The notes under the pieces: generated by a model | The model's database searches: none | What the model saw: the letters and a program-made list of their open reading frames with translations, nothing else | Told to the model about the DNA's origin: nothing | Source: an uncultured bacterium | GTDB lineage: Bacteria; Acidobacteriota; HRBIN11; JAKEFK01 | NCBI GenBank assembly: GCA_963777505.1 | Contig: CAVZQN010000006.1 | Location: forward strand, 32,001-96,000 | Reading direction: 5' to 3' | Length of the DNA stretch: 64,000 bases | Part shown: piece by piece, positions 1 through 9,662 of the stretch | Numbering within the stretch: position 1 is the first letter of the stretch | Layout: each line of letters opens with the position of its first letter | Made by a program: the position numbers and the translations under genes

Positions 1-1
1 G

Positions 2-1204
2 ATTCAATCATCTAAAAGAAATTCACTCTGGATTGTAGCCGCAGGATTTTTTGGAGGACTCGGTCTTTATACGTATATTGCATACAGAATTTTCCCGCTC
101 ATCGCGATAGCGTTTTTGCTGGATTCTACAATCCGCCCAAAATTGAAAGAAAAATGGCCGGCACTTCTCACCGGTGCTGTGGTTGCTTTCCTTGTGGCCG
201 CACCGATGCTCAATTTTTCCTGGAAAAATCGTGAGAGTTTTAACGATCGCATTCAGCGGACTGCCGTGTGGAATACACGTGGTACAGATCTGACTCCGAC
301 TCAACTTGTTATCGATTCCACGGTCAAGACATTGGGACTCTTTACCTATAGAGGCGACGCCATCGACCGTCATAATCTTAAGGAAGAGCCAATGCTGTCA
401 CCTTTTGCTTCAGGTTTTTTCCTTCTTGGTATTGGCATTGCTTTGATCAACATTCGAAAACCTTATGCAGCCTTTTTGTTGATCTATCTTTTTTTAACAA
501 CTTTGCCTGGAATTCTGAGCGTAAATGCGCCGCATGCTTCTAGAACTCTGGGAAGCGTCGTTCCTGCAATTTTCTTCGTAACAATAGGACTGTTATCTGC
601 GGTCAGGCTTCTTGCAGATATATTTCGACCGCTAGCATTTCTTGTACTCACTGGAATCCTTGCAGCAAATTTTTATTCAGGACCCAATGATGGACTTCTT
701 CGATACTCATACTCGCTGGACACACTTGATCCAAAGACTTCTGCTTTATGGGGTATAGATCGCGATCAATATCGTGTTGTTCAACTTCTCAATCAACTTG
801 GTCCTAAGTTCGATCTTTATTTATCACCGCAATTTTATTTTCACAGCACTGTAGAATATTTGACGTATTCAAAATCTGAGCACAAGGTTTATGCACCCGG
901 TATGAATCTTCAAAGCAGCTGGAGGCAGAACAAGATTCCGTTGATTGTGGTTCAACCTGCCGAATGCAATCTTTGGTGGCTGAGAGATGATGACAGAAAG
1001 CAATTCTACAAATGGTGGGCGCAATCAGGCCCTTACGATGTACAAAAGATTCGCGGAATAATAAACAGGTCGTATGGCAATAATGCGCGAACGACGAATA
1101 TGTCTGACTGGCGTCTGATTGAATCCATTCAGAAAGCGTATCCCCAGGCGCGTGAAGTGCGATTGGGTAGTTTTACAGTCTATCTGGTGCCTAGACCGAG
1201 GTAA
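2..1204 (+). CDS. ArnT/PMT-like (GT-C, GT39-like) membrane glycosyltransferase, 5'-truncated by window edge
   Basis: Frame is open from base 2 (IQSSKRNSLWIVAAGFFGGLGLYTY...). Multiple hydrophobic helices and GLGLYTY / PHASRT motifs typical of ArnT-like proteins, next to GT2 and glf. Confidence 0.6.
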   Translation: MQSSKRNSLWIVAAGFFGGLGLYTYIAYRIFPLIAIAFLLDSTIRPKLKEKWPALLTGAVVAFLVAAPMLNFSWKNRESFNDRIQRTAVWNTRGTDLTPTQLVIDSTVKTLGLFTYRGDAIDRHNLKEEPMLSPFASGFFLLGIGIALINIRKPYAAFLLIYLFLTTLPGILSVNAPHASRTLGSVVPAIFFVTIGLLSAVRLLADIFRPLAFLVLTGILAANFYSGPNDGLLRYSYSLDTLDPKTSALWGIDRDQYRVVQLLNQLGPKFDLYLSPQFYFHSTVEYLTYSKSEHKVYAPGMNLQSSWRQNKIPLIVVQPAECNLWWLRDDDRKQFYKWWAQSGPYDVQKIRGIINRSYGNNARTTNMSDWRLIESIQKAYPQAREVRLGSFTVYLVPRPR

Positions 1205-1212
1205 GCCGGGCG

Positions 1213-3682
1213 TTACAAAGCGCTATCAATTTCAGTGAAACGAAGATCTTCAATTTTATAAATACGCCCGGTGCGATCTGCGTCTGTTGGCGGCTTTTTG
1301 CCTGGATAACTTTCGGGTTCGCGAAATTCAATTGTATTCTTTCCTTTTTGCAATTGAAGTTTGACATTCACAGGAATACCGCGAATTTTTGCGCGTTCAC
1401 CTCCGACAAGTCTACCGTTGTGGTATACAGCAATCTGACGGCGATATGGTTCTGAATAAACTGTAAAACTCAAATTGCCTTTCAATCGTTTTTGCGAAAT
1501 CAATTCCAGCGTTCCATTAGATTTCATCCAGCGGATTGTCTCGAAATCCTCCTGCGTTTCCGGATCAAAAAATCCTGAACCATACTCAACTTCAAGCAAA
1601 ACAGATCCGGTTTCGTCATCCTGAAAAAGGACCTGCCGCTCAAGGTCTTTCACTGCAGGAGTTCTTTTTACAACACGGTAAAGCCGGGCATCCTTTTCCT
1701 GACGAAGAAGTTCAAAGTATGGGCCTCTGATGCGAGTTTCAAAAGGTTTCAAGTTTTCCATAGAAGAAATAAAGAAATACTGAATCCCCGCACGCTGCGA
1801 TAATGCAGAAATTCGGCCAGCCGATGAGTATTGACCAAAGATTTTAGAAAGTATTCTGTCGCGAAATTGAACTTCCTCTTTTGAAATTTGATAAAGGCGG
1901 GAATGAACTTTATCTCCAAGATATACAGGACGTCTTCCAAGCGCAGGTAATTCCGTTACATATTCTTCCAGAAATCCTTCTCCACGGGGCATCGATTGGA
2001 CACAAGCATTTTTGTCGACATTTGATTGAATCCAATCATAGATTTCACGATCTTCCGTTGAAATAATTGAAGTAAATTTGGAATTCGAGACATCCTGATT
2101 GTTATACCAATCCATTGCCCATGTCAGCAAAGACGGGCGCAAGCATCAAGGCCAAAGCAATAGACAATGCCGGTGTACTAAAACGAGAATCATCAAAAAA
2201 GCCTGCTGCAAAAATCAACAGAACTACATACGATAAAATTCCCATTTTCAGCGTAATTTCCGAGAGGCCAGGGACATCGATATTGATAAAAATTATCAGC
2301 ACGCAGCAAAGTGCAAGATAAAACAACAGAGTCTTTGAAGGAATATTTTTTGATCTAAAAATAATTCCCGCGACGCCTGCAATTAATATCGCACCCCAAT
2401 TTAATGGGATGTATTTAGTGATGTTTGCCAAAACAAAATGGTTAATTTCAAACTGTACTTCTCCTGCTTTAGTTCCAAACATCTGAAAAAGAAAAAAATA
2501 AGCTGTTAGAAAAATGAGACCTAAGGCGCCAGCACATAAAACTTCTTTCCACTTCACTCGAGGATTTTTATACAGCTCGACAAGCAGCATGACTGCAGAG
2601 CCCAGAATCAAAGCACCAGCAATGATCACTGTGAAACCTGTGATTGCGAATAACAACACATGCAAAAAGATGCGGCGTCTGAAGCTAGCAGCTTTCTTCC
2701 ACGCCAGCAGGAACAAAACAAAAGTAGAAAGACCGATTAGATGTTGTGGTCCATACAACATTCCACGGAAAAGAGTGTCGACTTGCGGCGCACGATAGAG
2801 CCATCGCAGGATTGCATCCACATTCCATTCGCGAAATGACATCCATGGCAATTTTTCGCCATAAAAATGAAACAGGAGATAGAATCCTTCATAACTTCCA
2901 CCAAAAAGAAAAAGCAGAAGTGTCATGACTCGCGTTCTTTTTCTTTGTGTGAAGTATCGAATCCCGGCATACAAAGCCGCACAAAAGCCCATCGCAAGCA
3001 GCACATTAAATTGGAGCATCATGTAATCTGCTGAAAAAGAAGGGAAAAGTTTCAGCCAGAAAGCAGGAATGATGTGAAAAAACCAATAGTAACGGAGGAT
3101 ATGATCGCTGAAATACGGATTTTCAGGTGGAATGCCGTGATTCGCGAGATTCGCTGCTACTGCGATGTGTCTGAAAAAATCGGTGTTGAAATAAGCACGG
3201 TATGCGTGCCCGCCACTAACTGGTGTTCCAACATGCACAAACGGAATTGCGAGAACAGCAAGAGTGCAAAATAACCAAAGAAACAACAGATACCAATCCG
3301 CTTGATCCCATGAATGAGCTTCTGCTGCTGGAACTGACCTGCGATGAAAATAGAATGCAAGCGCAGCGAATGCGAAAAAATAAAGAATGAAGCTTAATAC
3401 TGAAATTCCGAAAATGACGCCTGTAAGAGAAAGAAAAACGGCGTGAAGGATATAGCCTACAGGAATTGTAAATATGATGGCGTTTGGCCCACGGCCCAGT
3501 AGAAATGCAGAGAAGGGATACGCTAACGCGAGAAAACAAACGAGTACAAAGAGTGAAACAAATGATTGAAGCAGGTAGCCATGAATGCCTGAAATAACTG
3601 CAACACAAACAAAAAGAATTGCTGTGCATGCAGTGAGCGAGCCAAAAGAAGTCTTCGATGAAGAAGCGTGATTACCTTGCAT
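1213..3682 (-). CDS. Large polytopic membrane protein (GT-C-like) with soluble C-terminal domain; split by a frameshift near 2105-2140
   Basis: Overlapping ORFs 2102..3682 (many TM helices, PPENPYF...LRYYWFFH) and 1213..2142 read as one protein. Confidence 0.55.
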
Positions 3683-4391
3683 TCAACGTAAGACGCTTCA
3701 GTTGCCGTTTTAATTCGAGTGCCTTCTCTCCAAATTTCGTAATGGGAACATTGGGTTCACCACCATATCGTTCACGAAAATGGATCGGGACAACTCCCTG
3801 CCGGATCGATGGATTTTTTTTCAGCAGCACTGCCAGTGCAATATTTGCTAGATGAAAATCCGGTTGAATCTTTTCGAGTTCTTTTGTAATCATTTTTGTT
3901 CGCATCAGCCTGTAAGGAACATTTGCATCAACACAGTTTACTCCGGACCAGACCAGTAAACTGAATCTTAAAACGATCGATGCAAGAACCCTCCGCCAGC
4001 CATCATCGCGATGAGTACGTTTCCCATAGATCACATCATATTTGTCTCTGTCACGCCAGAAACGAAAAAAGTATTGGGGATCACATTGACCATCTGAATC
4101 AAACTGAAAAACGTATGGAATTTCGCGTTCGGAGGCAATTCGATATCCTTCCAAACATGTTTGCCCGTGACCTCGATTTTCACGTGTCCATATTTCCATT
4201 CTGGATCCAAGTTGTTGTTGAAGACGTTGCAACAGTTTCAATGTGTCATCCTTGGATCCATCGTCTATTGCAAGGAACAGAAAATTCTCGGTCCAGTTTT
4301 CTACTTCCTGTACCCATTCCATAACAACTTTGCGGACACTTGCCTGTTCGTTATATACAGGCATGACTAATAACAATTCGGGAGTAGACAT
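3672..4391 (-). CDS. Glycosyltransferase family 2 (DPM1-like polyprenol-phosphate glycosyltransferase)
   Basis: VMPVYNE, IDDGSKD, NRGHG and FDSDGQ motifs. Confidence 0.9.
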   Translation of the reverse strand: MSTPELLLVMPVYNEQASVRKVVMEWVQEVENWTENFLFLAIDDGSKDDTLKLLQRLQQQLGSRMEIWTRENRGHGQTCLEGYRIASEREIPYVFQFDSDGQCDPQYFFRFWRDRDKYDVIYGKRTHRDDGWRRVLASIVLRFSLLVWSGVNCVDANVPYRLMRTKMITKELEKIQPDFHLANIALAVLLKKNPSIRQGVVPIHFRERYGGEPNVPITKFGEKALELKRQLKRLTLNAR

Positions 4392-4416
4392 CTCTGCGTC
4401 TCAGTGGTTAATAAAT

Positions 4417-5535
4417 TTACCGGATGTCGAGCGTTTTTAGCCTTTCGAACTCGGCCAGCGCCATTCCTACAACCTGGTCCATGTTATAGTACCGGTAAGT
4501 TGCCAGCCTTCCAACAAAGGAAACTTTCTTTTCATTTTCCGCAAGTTCCGCATACTTCTTATAAAGCTGCTGCGCATCAGGTGCGGGGATAGGGTAATAA
4601 GGTTCTTTCCCGGGGCCAAAATCATCCGGATACTCGCGAACAATCGTAGTAACCGGAAGTTTTTGTCCGGTTACATGCTTGATTTCAACAATCCTCGTGA
4701 AATCGTAGTCATTTGGATAATTTACCTGCACTGTGGGCTGGTAAAATTCCTTTTCAATTATCTCTCTGTCGAAACGCAATGAGCGATACGGCAGTGGGCC
4801 AAACTTCCAATCGAAGTATTCATCCACAGGGCCGGTGTAAATCAGATGTTTGTAAGTAACCTGTGAAATCACATCCTGATAGCGTGTATTCAACAGGATT
4901 TTGATTTTGGGATTATTCAGCATCCGCTCAAACATTTTTGTGTATCCTTCTTGTGGAAGTCCTTGAAATTTTTCTGAAAGATATCTGTCATCGCGGTTTG
5001 TTCGAATTGGAATGCGGCCGCACACGCTTGGGTCCAAATCTTTTGGATCTCTTTTCCATTGTTTGCGCGTGTAGTTTTTGAAAAACATTTCGTAGAGCTT
5101 AACGCCTACCTGTGAAATGATGACCTCTTCCGAATTTTTTGGATTCTCAATAGGGACACGCCACTTCTCCAGTGTTTCTTCCATTTCTTCGGAAGTGGAA
5201 GGCCGGCCAAGAATCTGTTCGAAAGTATTCAGGTTAATTGGAAATTGCCAGAATCGGCCATCTGTCCAGGAAAGAATTTTGAAATCAACTCGATGCCATT
5301 CCGTAAACTGGCTCAAATACTGCAGAATCCGATCCGATTTTGTGCGGAAGTAGTGCGGTCCATAAGCGTGAAGACGTACACCTGCCGAGTCGTATTCATC
5401 ATATGCGTTGCCTGCAATATGATGACGTTTTTCTACAATTAGACAGGTTTTGCCAAGTTGAGAGGAAAGGCGTTCGGCAAGAACCGAACCTGCATATCCC
5501 GCACCAACAATTAAAAAATCAAAATTCCAACCCAT
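4417..5535 (-). CDS. glf: UDP-galactopyranose mutase
   Basis: IVGAGYAG FAD motif, IAGNAYD, YGPHYF, LPYRSLRF, EPYYP and GRLATYRYYNMDQ. Confidence 0.95.
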   Translation of the reverse strand: MGWNFDFLIVGAGYAGSVLAERLSSQLGKTCLIVEKRHHIAGNAYDEYDSAGVRLHAYGPHYFRTKSDRILQYLSQFTEWHRVDFKILSWTDGRFWQFPINLNTFEQILGRPSTSEEMEETLEKWRVPIENPKNSEEVIISQVGVKLYEMFFKNYTRKQWKRDPKDLDPSVCGRIPIRTNRDDRYLSEKFQGLPQEGYTKMFERMLNNPKIKILLNTRYQDVISQVTYKHLIYTGPVDEYFDWKFGPLPYRSLRFDREIIEKEFYQPTVQVNYPNDYDFTRIVEIKHVTGQKLPVTTIVREYPDDFGPGKEPYYPIPAPDAQQLYKKYAELAENEKKVSFVGRLATYRYYNMDQVVGMALAEFERLKTLDIR

Positions 5536-5582
5536 TAAAACATACTAACTCATAACGTGATGCGGGACTTCAAGCTCATTAC

Positions 5583-6879
5583 CTAATCCATCAAAAACAG
5601 TATTCTGGCGTCTGTTGTTAGATTTTCCAGAAAGAAATTACAAACTTGCCATTCTTCGTCTTCGAAGACTAAAGTGAAATGATGGATGACATCGGACTTG
5701 CCCGTATCCCCATCCTTTTCAACCCACTCGAATTTCGCACGAACAGTTGCATTCGCATCCAGACCATTTGGCTTAACCAGAACATCAATATCAACAACCT
5801 CAACACTATTCTCAGCAATCAGTAATTTTTGCTGTTCAATAATCGCAATTTCGCGATCTCTGCCTTTACACTGAGGGGACGTGCTCCATCCATCTACAAT
5901 GTCTTCGGTACTCCAATTTTCAATTTTGTCGAAGCGTGTAAAGAAACGATCGAGCAATCTCTCGATTTCTTCTTCAGAGTTACCCTGGTTAAAGCGTTCA
6001 ACACGGATGCCTTGCTCGCGCATACTTTCAAGTCCGGTATTATCTCTCACGGTTAAACGAATCGTGAATGTTCCGTTCGTTCGATAGACATGAGTAATTG
6101 CAGAGCCTGTTCTAACATTACCGTCACCCAGATGCCCATTCATAGTTTGTAATTGTGCCGTCATCGGAGCTTGAAGTACCATCGATCACAAAACGTGTAC
6201 CGACATCACCGGATGGAGGCGTGACGGTGAAACGTGCAACAGGAGCCTGGCCTCTTTCTACTTCGACTTCCCTTCTGGCTGATGCTGTTGCTCCATCATT
6301 GTCAGTGATACTCAACGTAATTTGGAAAGTACCATTTACGCCAAATCGATGCTCAGCAATTCTTCCGGTTGCTGTTTTATTGTCTCCGAAATCCCAACGG
6401 TAGGCTGCGACTTGTCCATCAGGATCATCTGATTCCGTTGCATCAACTGTGAATAACGTATTTTCAGCGCCAGAGGCAGGACTCACAGTGAATTTTGCTA
6501 CCGGTACTCTGTTGTTCGTTACACTTAACACTGCGGATGAACTGACGCTGCCAGCAGAGGTTGTAATCGTGATTGTACGATTCCCTGCTGCAGCATTGTT
6601 TTGAACATTAAAAATGACTTCGATTTCAGAAGAGCTCACGCTGGTAAATCGAACTACCGTGAGTCCTGCTCCAAGGTTCACTGCTGTAACGCCGCCTAAA
6701 TTAGTGCCTTGAATTCTGCCCTCAACGTTTTGCTGTCCTTTGCTTACTTGATTAGGAGTAAAAGAGCTAACTGTAGGTTGAGGATTTGGTGTAGGACCTG
6801 GATTGTTATCGTCATCGCTACCGCACCCTGCAACAAAAGCTAGCAGGCATAAAAGTATAAAAAAACTTCCGCGCTTCAT
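5583..6879 (-). CDS. Lipoprotein with IPT-like and two PKD domains; frameshift near 6125-6140
   Basis: Lipobox FVAGC. PKD motifs (DPDGQVAAYRWDFGD; second PKD continues GDG...HVYRTNGTFTIRLTVRDN in ORF 5583..6182). Confidence 0.75.
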
Positions 6880-7107
6880 TTTTTGCCGACCTCCGAACTA
6901 GATGGGTTTCTGGGAGTGAGACATTCTAACATAGTCGAACATTGCCTCTCAACTCTATCTATCTAAAGGTTTAATTGAATACTACTTTGTGATCTTTGTG
7001 CCTTTGTGGTGAATAGACGTATAACTTTTAAGCACTGCTCAAAAATTTTGCAGACACTCTGAGCTGGATTTCGGCCACTCACGACGAGAAGATTTGGAAA
7101 AAGAAGC

Positions 7108-7123
7108 TGGCATCCCATTTGCT
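7108..7123 (+). promoter_or_regulatory. sigma54 (-24/-12) promoter
   Basis: TGGCAT-CCCAT-TTGCT, exact GG-N10-GC spacing, intergenic. Confidence 0.7.
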
Positions 7124-7244
7124 TTTACAAATGATTTCAGGGAGGGGAGGTATAAGTTCGTAACACTTCCATTTGTAAGTCTTCCATATATATAGCAGTG
7201 TTTCACTTTATGGATGGAGTTATCAAACGGTTGGTTCCATTGAT

Positions 7245-7365
7245 ATCAATCGCGGCTTGCTGGGGTCAGGGGGGCAAACAGACATCGCGCATTGATTGCA
7301 CCTGGCGGCTATGCATATTACCGAAAGGTTGATATCTTTTCGGCCGGTGATAACTTCATCCGCCA
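7245..7365 (+). ncRNA. Candidate structured RNA (two tandem long hairpins) downstream of the sigma54 promoter
   Basis: Hairpin 1: ATCAAT-CGCG (7245-7254) pairs with CGCG-c-ATTGAT (7286-7296). Hairpin 2: TGGCGG 7303 pairs with CCGCCA 7360, with inner CCGAAAGG/CTTTTCGG. Confidence 0.3.
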
Positions 7366-7462
7366 ATTCATTTGTAATCAAAGTTAATTCCGTACAATTT
7401 TGCATATCTGGTCCTAACTTCGACTTTTCATTTAAAGTACAATTGCAAAATCCGGAGTCTAT

Positions 7463-8200
7463 ATGACAAAGCCAATCAATGTTGCTGTTATTGGTGATTT
7501 CAATCCGAAAGCTGCACATCATACGATGACAAATGAATCGTTAAAACATTCTGCAGCGCGGCTGTCTAAGAAAATCGAAATTGACTGGATTCCAACCGAT
7601 GAAGTGCAGATTGATCAATTAGCAAACTATGATGCGATCTGGTGCTCTTCAGGAAGTCCGTATAAGAGCATGAGTGGAGCGATAGAATCAATTCAGTTTG
7701 CAAGAGAAAAAGGCTGGCCTTTTTTTGCAACGTGAGGAGGATTCCAACATGCTCTGGTAGAGTATGCGCGGAATGTTCTGGGCGTTCGAAATGCCGAACA
7801 TGAAGAAACGGCACCTGACGCTGAAACGCCAATCATCAGCAAGCTATCCTGTTCATTGAATGGACTGACCCAACCCATTTCGATCGTTGAAAATACGATT
7901 GGATATAACGCATATAAAAAGAAAACCGCTTCCGAACAATTCCTTTGCAATTATGGTGTGAATCCAAAGTATCAAAATGAAATGATTCGCAATCCTTTGA
8001 GAGTTTCTGCAGTTGGACCTGATGGCGAGGTCCGGATGATCGAATTAACCGGACATCCTTTTTACGTTGCAACACTTTTTGTTCCGCAAATGCTTTCGAC
8101 TGAAGAGAGTCCGCATCCGCTGATTACAGACTTTGTAGAAGCAGCAGTTGTTCCTTTCATGAAAGTCGTTCCACGTTGTGAAACTTATTTCACAAGGTGA
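7463..8200 (+). CDS. CTP synthase glutaminase-domain-like protein, predicted selenoprotein (TGA 7733-7735 = Sec)
   Basis: ORFs 7463..7735 and 7856..8200 share a frame. Read-through gives FFAT-U-GGFQHALVEYARNVLG, with U at the class I GATase nucleophile position (GxCxGxQ). A hairpin follows the TGA. Confidence 0.85.
7741..7774 (+). promoter_or_regulatory. Bacterial SECIS-like hairpin
   Basis: CATGCTCT-GGT-AGAGTATG (8 bp stem, one G.U) with outer ATTCC/GGAAT pairing. G-containing apical loop 20 nt after UGA. Confidence 0.75.
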
Positions 8201-8208
8201 AACACGCA

Positions 8209-9477
8209 TTAACCGCACCATTCTACGATTGTTAACGCGACGACTTTCGCCACAGAAATTATTTCATGGACCGGTACAAATTCATTCAGTGAGTGAGCGA
8301 CTCTAACGTCACCGGGGCCATACAGCACAGCAGGCATCTTTGCGTTGTTTGTAAAAAAGCGCAAATCAGAACCATATGGGACACCATGAATTTCAGGGTT
8401 ACCACCATGAACATCTGAATGAAACTTCTTGAGTGTTGAAACAATTTCTGAATCCAGAGTTGTGTGTGCTGGTTCGAACTGTCCTTCAAACCATTCGACT
8501 GAAGGCGGATTTTCGCGAAGCCATGAATCCTGGTTCGCTGCGAATAGAATCGCACTTTCAAATTCAGCTCTGGCATCCTGAATTTTTTCTTCAGGAAAAA
8601 TTCCAAATCTTCCTTCGGCAACAAGAGACTCAGGCACTGTTGAAGGCCAATCGCCGGCTTGAATTTTTCCAACACTGATCGGTGAAACAAGTGCGTCTGC
8701 CTTATATAAAGGATGCTGATAGTTTTTGTGTCGCGTATGTTCCAGTTGTTGAATGGCAGAAAGGATCAACTGAAATTTTTCGATTGCGCTAACACCTTCC
8801 AACCTCATCGCACCATGTGAAGCTTTGCCCCGCACACGAATCCGGAAGCTTGCGGCGCCTGCACCTACCGGACAAATTGCCATGCGTGTTGGCTCAAGCA
8901 CGATCGCTGCATCCGCACGATATCCGCGTAACACCGCAGCGAGCGTTCCAACACCACCACTTTCTTCGCCGATTACACTTTGGATCCAAACCGAACCACG
9001 CAAAGGAATACCGGCCTTCTTTAATGCAGATAATGCGATATAACCGGCAACTAATCCGCCTTTCATGTCGCAAGAACCACGCCCAAAAACTTTCTCTTCA
9101 CGCAACGCGCCACTCCAGGGTCCATCATCCCATGCGCTCTCTTCCCCCGGAGGAACAACATCCATATGTCCATTCAAAATAAGCGAACGCCCATTCGAAT
9201 CTTTGCCGCGCAAATGACCTACAACAACCGGACGATTCTCCAACGCTAAGCCATCATCAGAAAAAGCAGGATGCGCCTGCAGATCCTTTCTTTCAGGATT
9301 CCAACAATCCACATCAAGGTTGAGATCTCGTAACCGGTCGGCAAAAAGTAATTGTGCTTTGGTTTCATCCCCTGTAACACTTGGAATTCTTATCAGGTCT
9401 TGAAGCAGCTTGATGGAATCGGCTGTTAATTCATCGATTGTCTGAAGCAGAAGCTGGTCGTGTCTTCCAGAATTCAT
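8209..9477 (-). CDS. ArgE/DapE family M20 deacylase
   Basis: LNGHMDVVP, GRGSCDMKGG, GEESGG and YGPG...AHSLNE motifs. Confidence 0.9.
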   Translation of the reverse strand: MNSGRHDQLLLQTIDELTADSIKLLQDLIRIPSVTGDETKAQLLFADRLRDLNLDVDCWNPERKDLQAHPAFSDDGLALENRPVVVGHLRGKDSNGRSLILNGHMDVVPPGEESAWDDGPWSGALREEKVFGRGSCDMKGGLVAGYIALSALKKAGIPLRGSVWIQSVIGEESGGVGTLAAVLRGYRADAAIVLEPTRMAICPVGAGAASFRIRVRGKASHGAMRLEGVSAIEKFQLILSAIQQLEHTRHKNYQHPLYKADALVSPISVGKIQAGDWPSTVPESLVAEGRFGIFPEEKIQDARAEFESAILFAANQDSWLRENPPSVEWFEGQFEPAHTTLDSEIVSTLKKFHSDVHGGNPEIHGVPYGSDLRFFTNNAKMPAVLYGPGDVRVAHSLNEFVPVHEIISVAKVVALTIVEWCG

Positions 9478-9662
9478 AACCTGATGATATATGTGAAACC
9501 CTATCGAGCGGAAGCATCTCTATGCCAGGGCTTGACTAACCTTAAGGCGTATCACATCATTAAACGTAGTCTAAGACAGTGTATTGAGACTAGGCTTTCA
9601 TTCTAAACTTTTCACCTAACCCATTTTCTTGACATATACGTCCCGCAGGCTGGTTAGCTCCT

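Noticed and set aside
6985-7012. CTTTGTG triplet repeat (ctttgtgatctttgtgcctttgtgg)
   Set aside because: A short low-complexity intergenic repeat with no clear second copy or associated gene in the window.
7223-7522. Cys-rich minus-strand ORF as a RiPP precursor
   Set aside because: It overlaps the real gene start, has no maturation enzymes nearby, and is antisense to a promoter-led structured region.
9512-9530. TGGCAT...TGC upstream of the ArgE-like gene as a sigma54 promoter
   Set aside because: GG-GC spacing is 9 nt, not the required 10.
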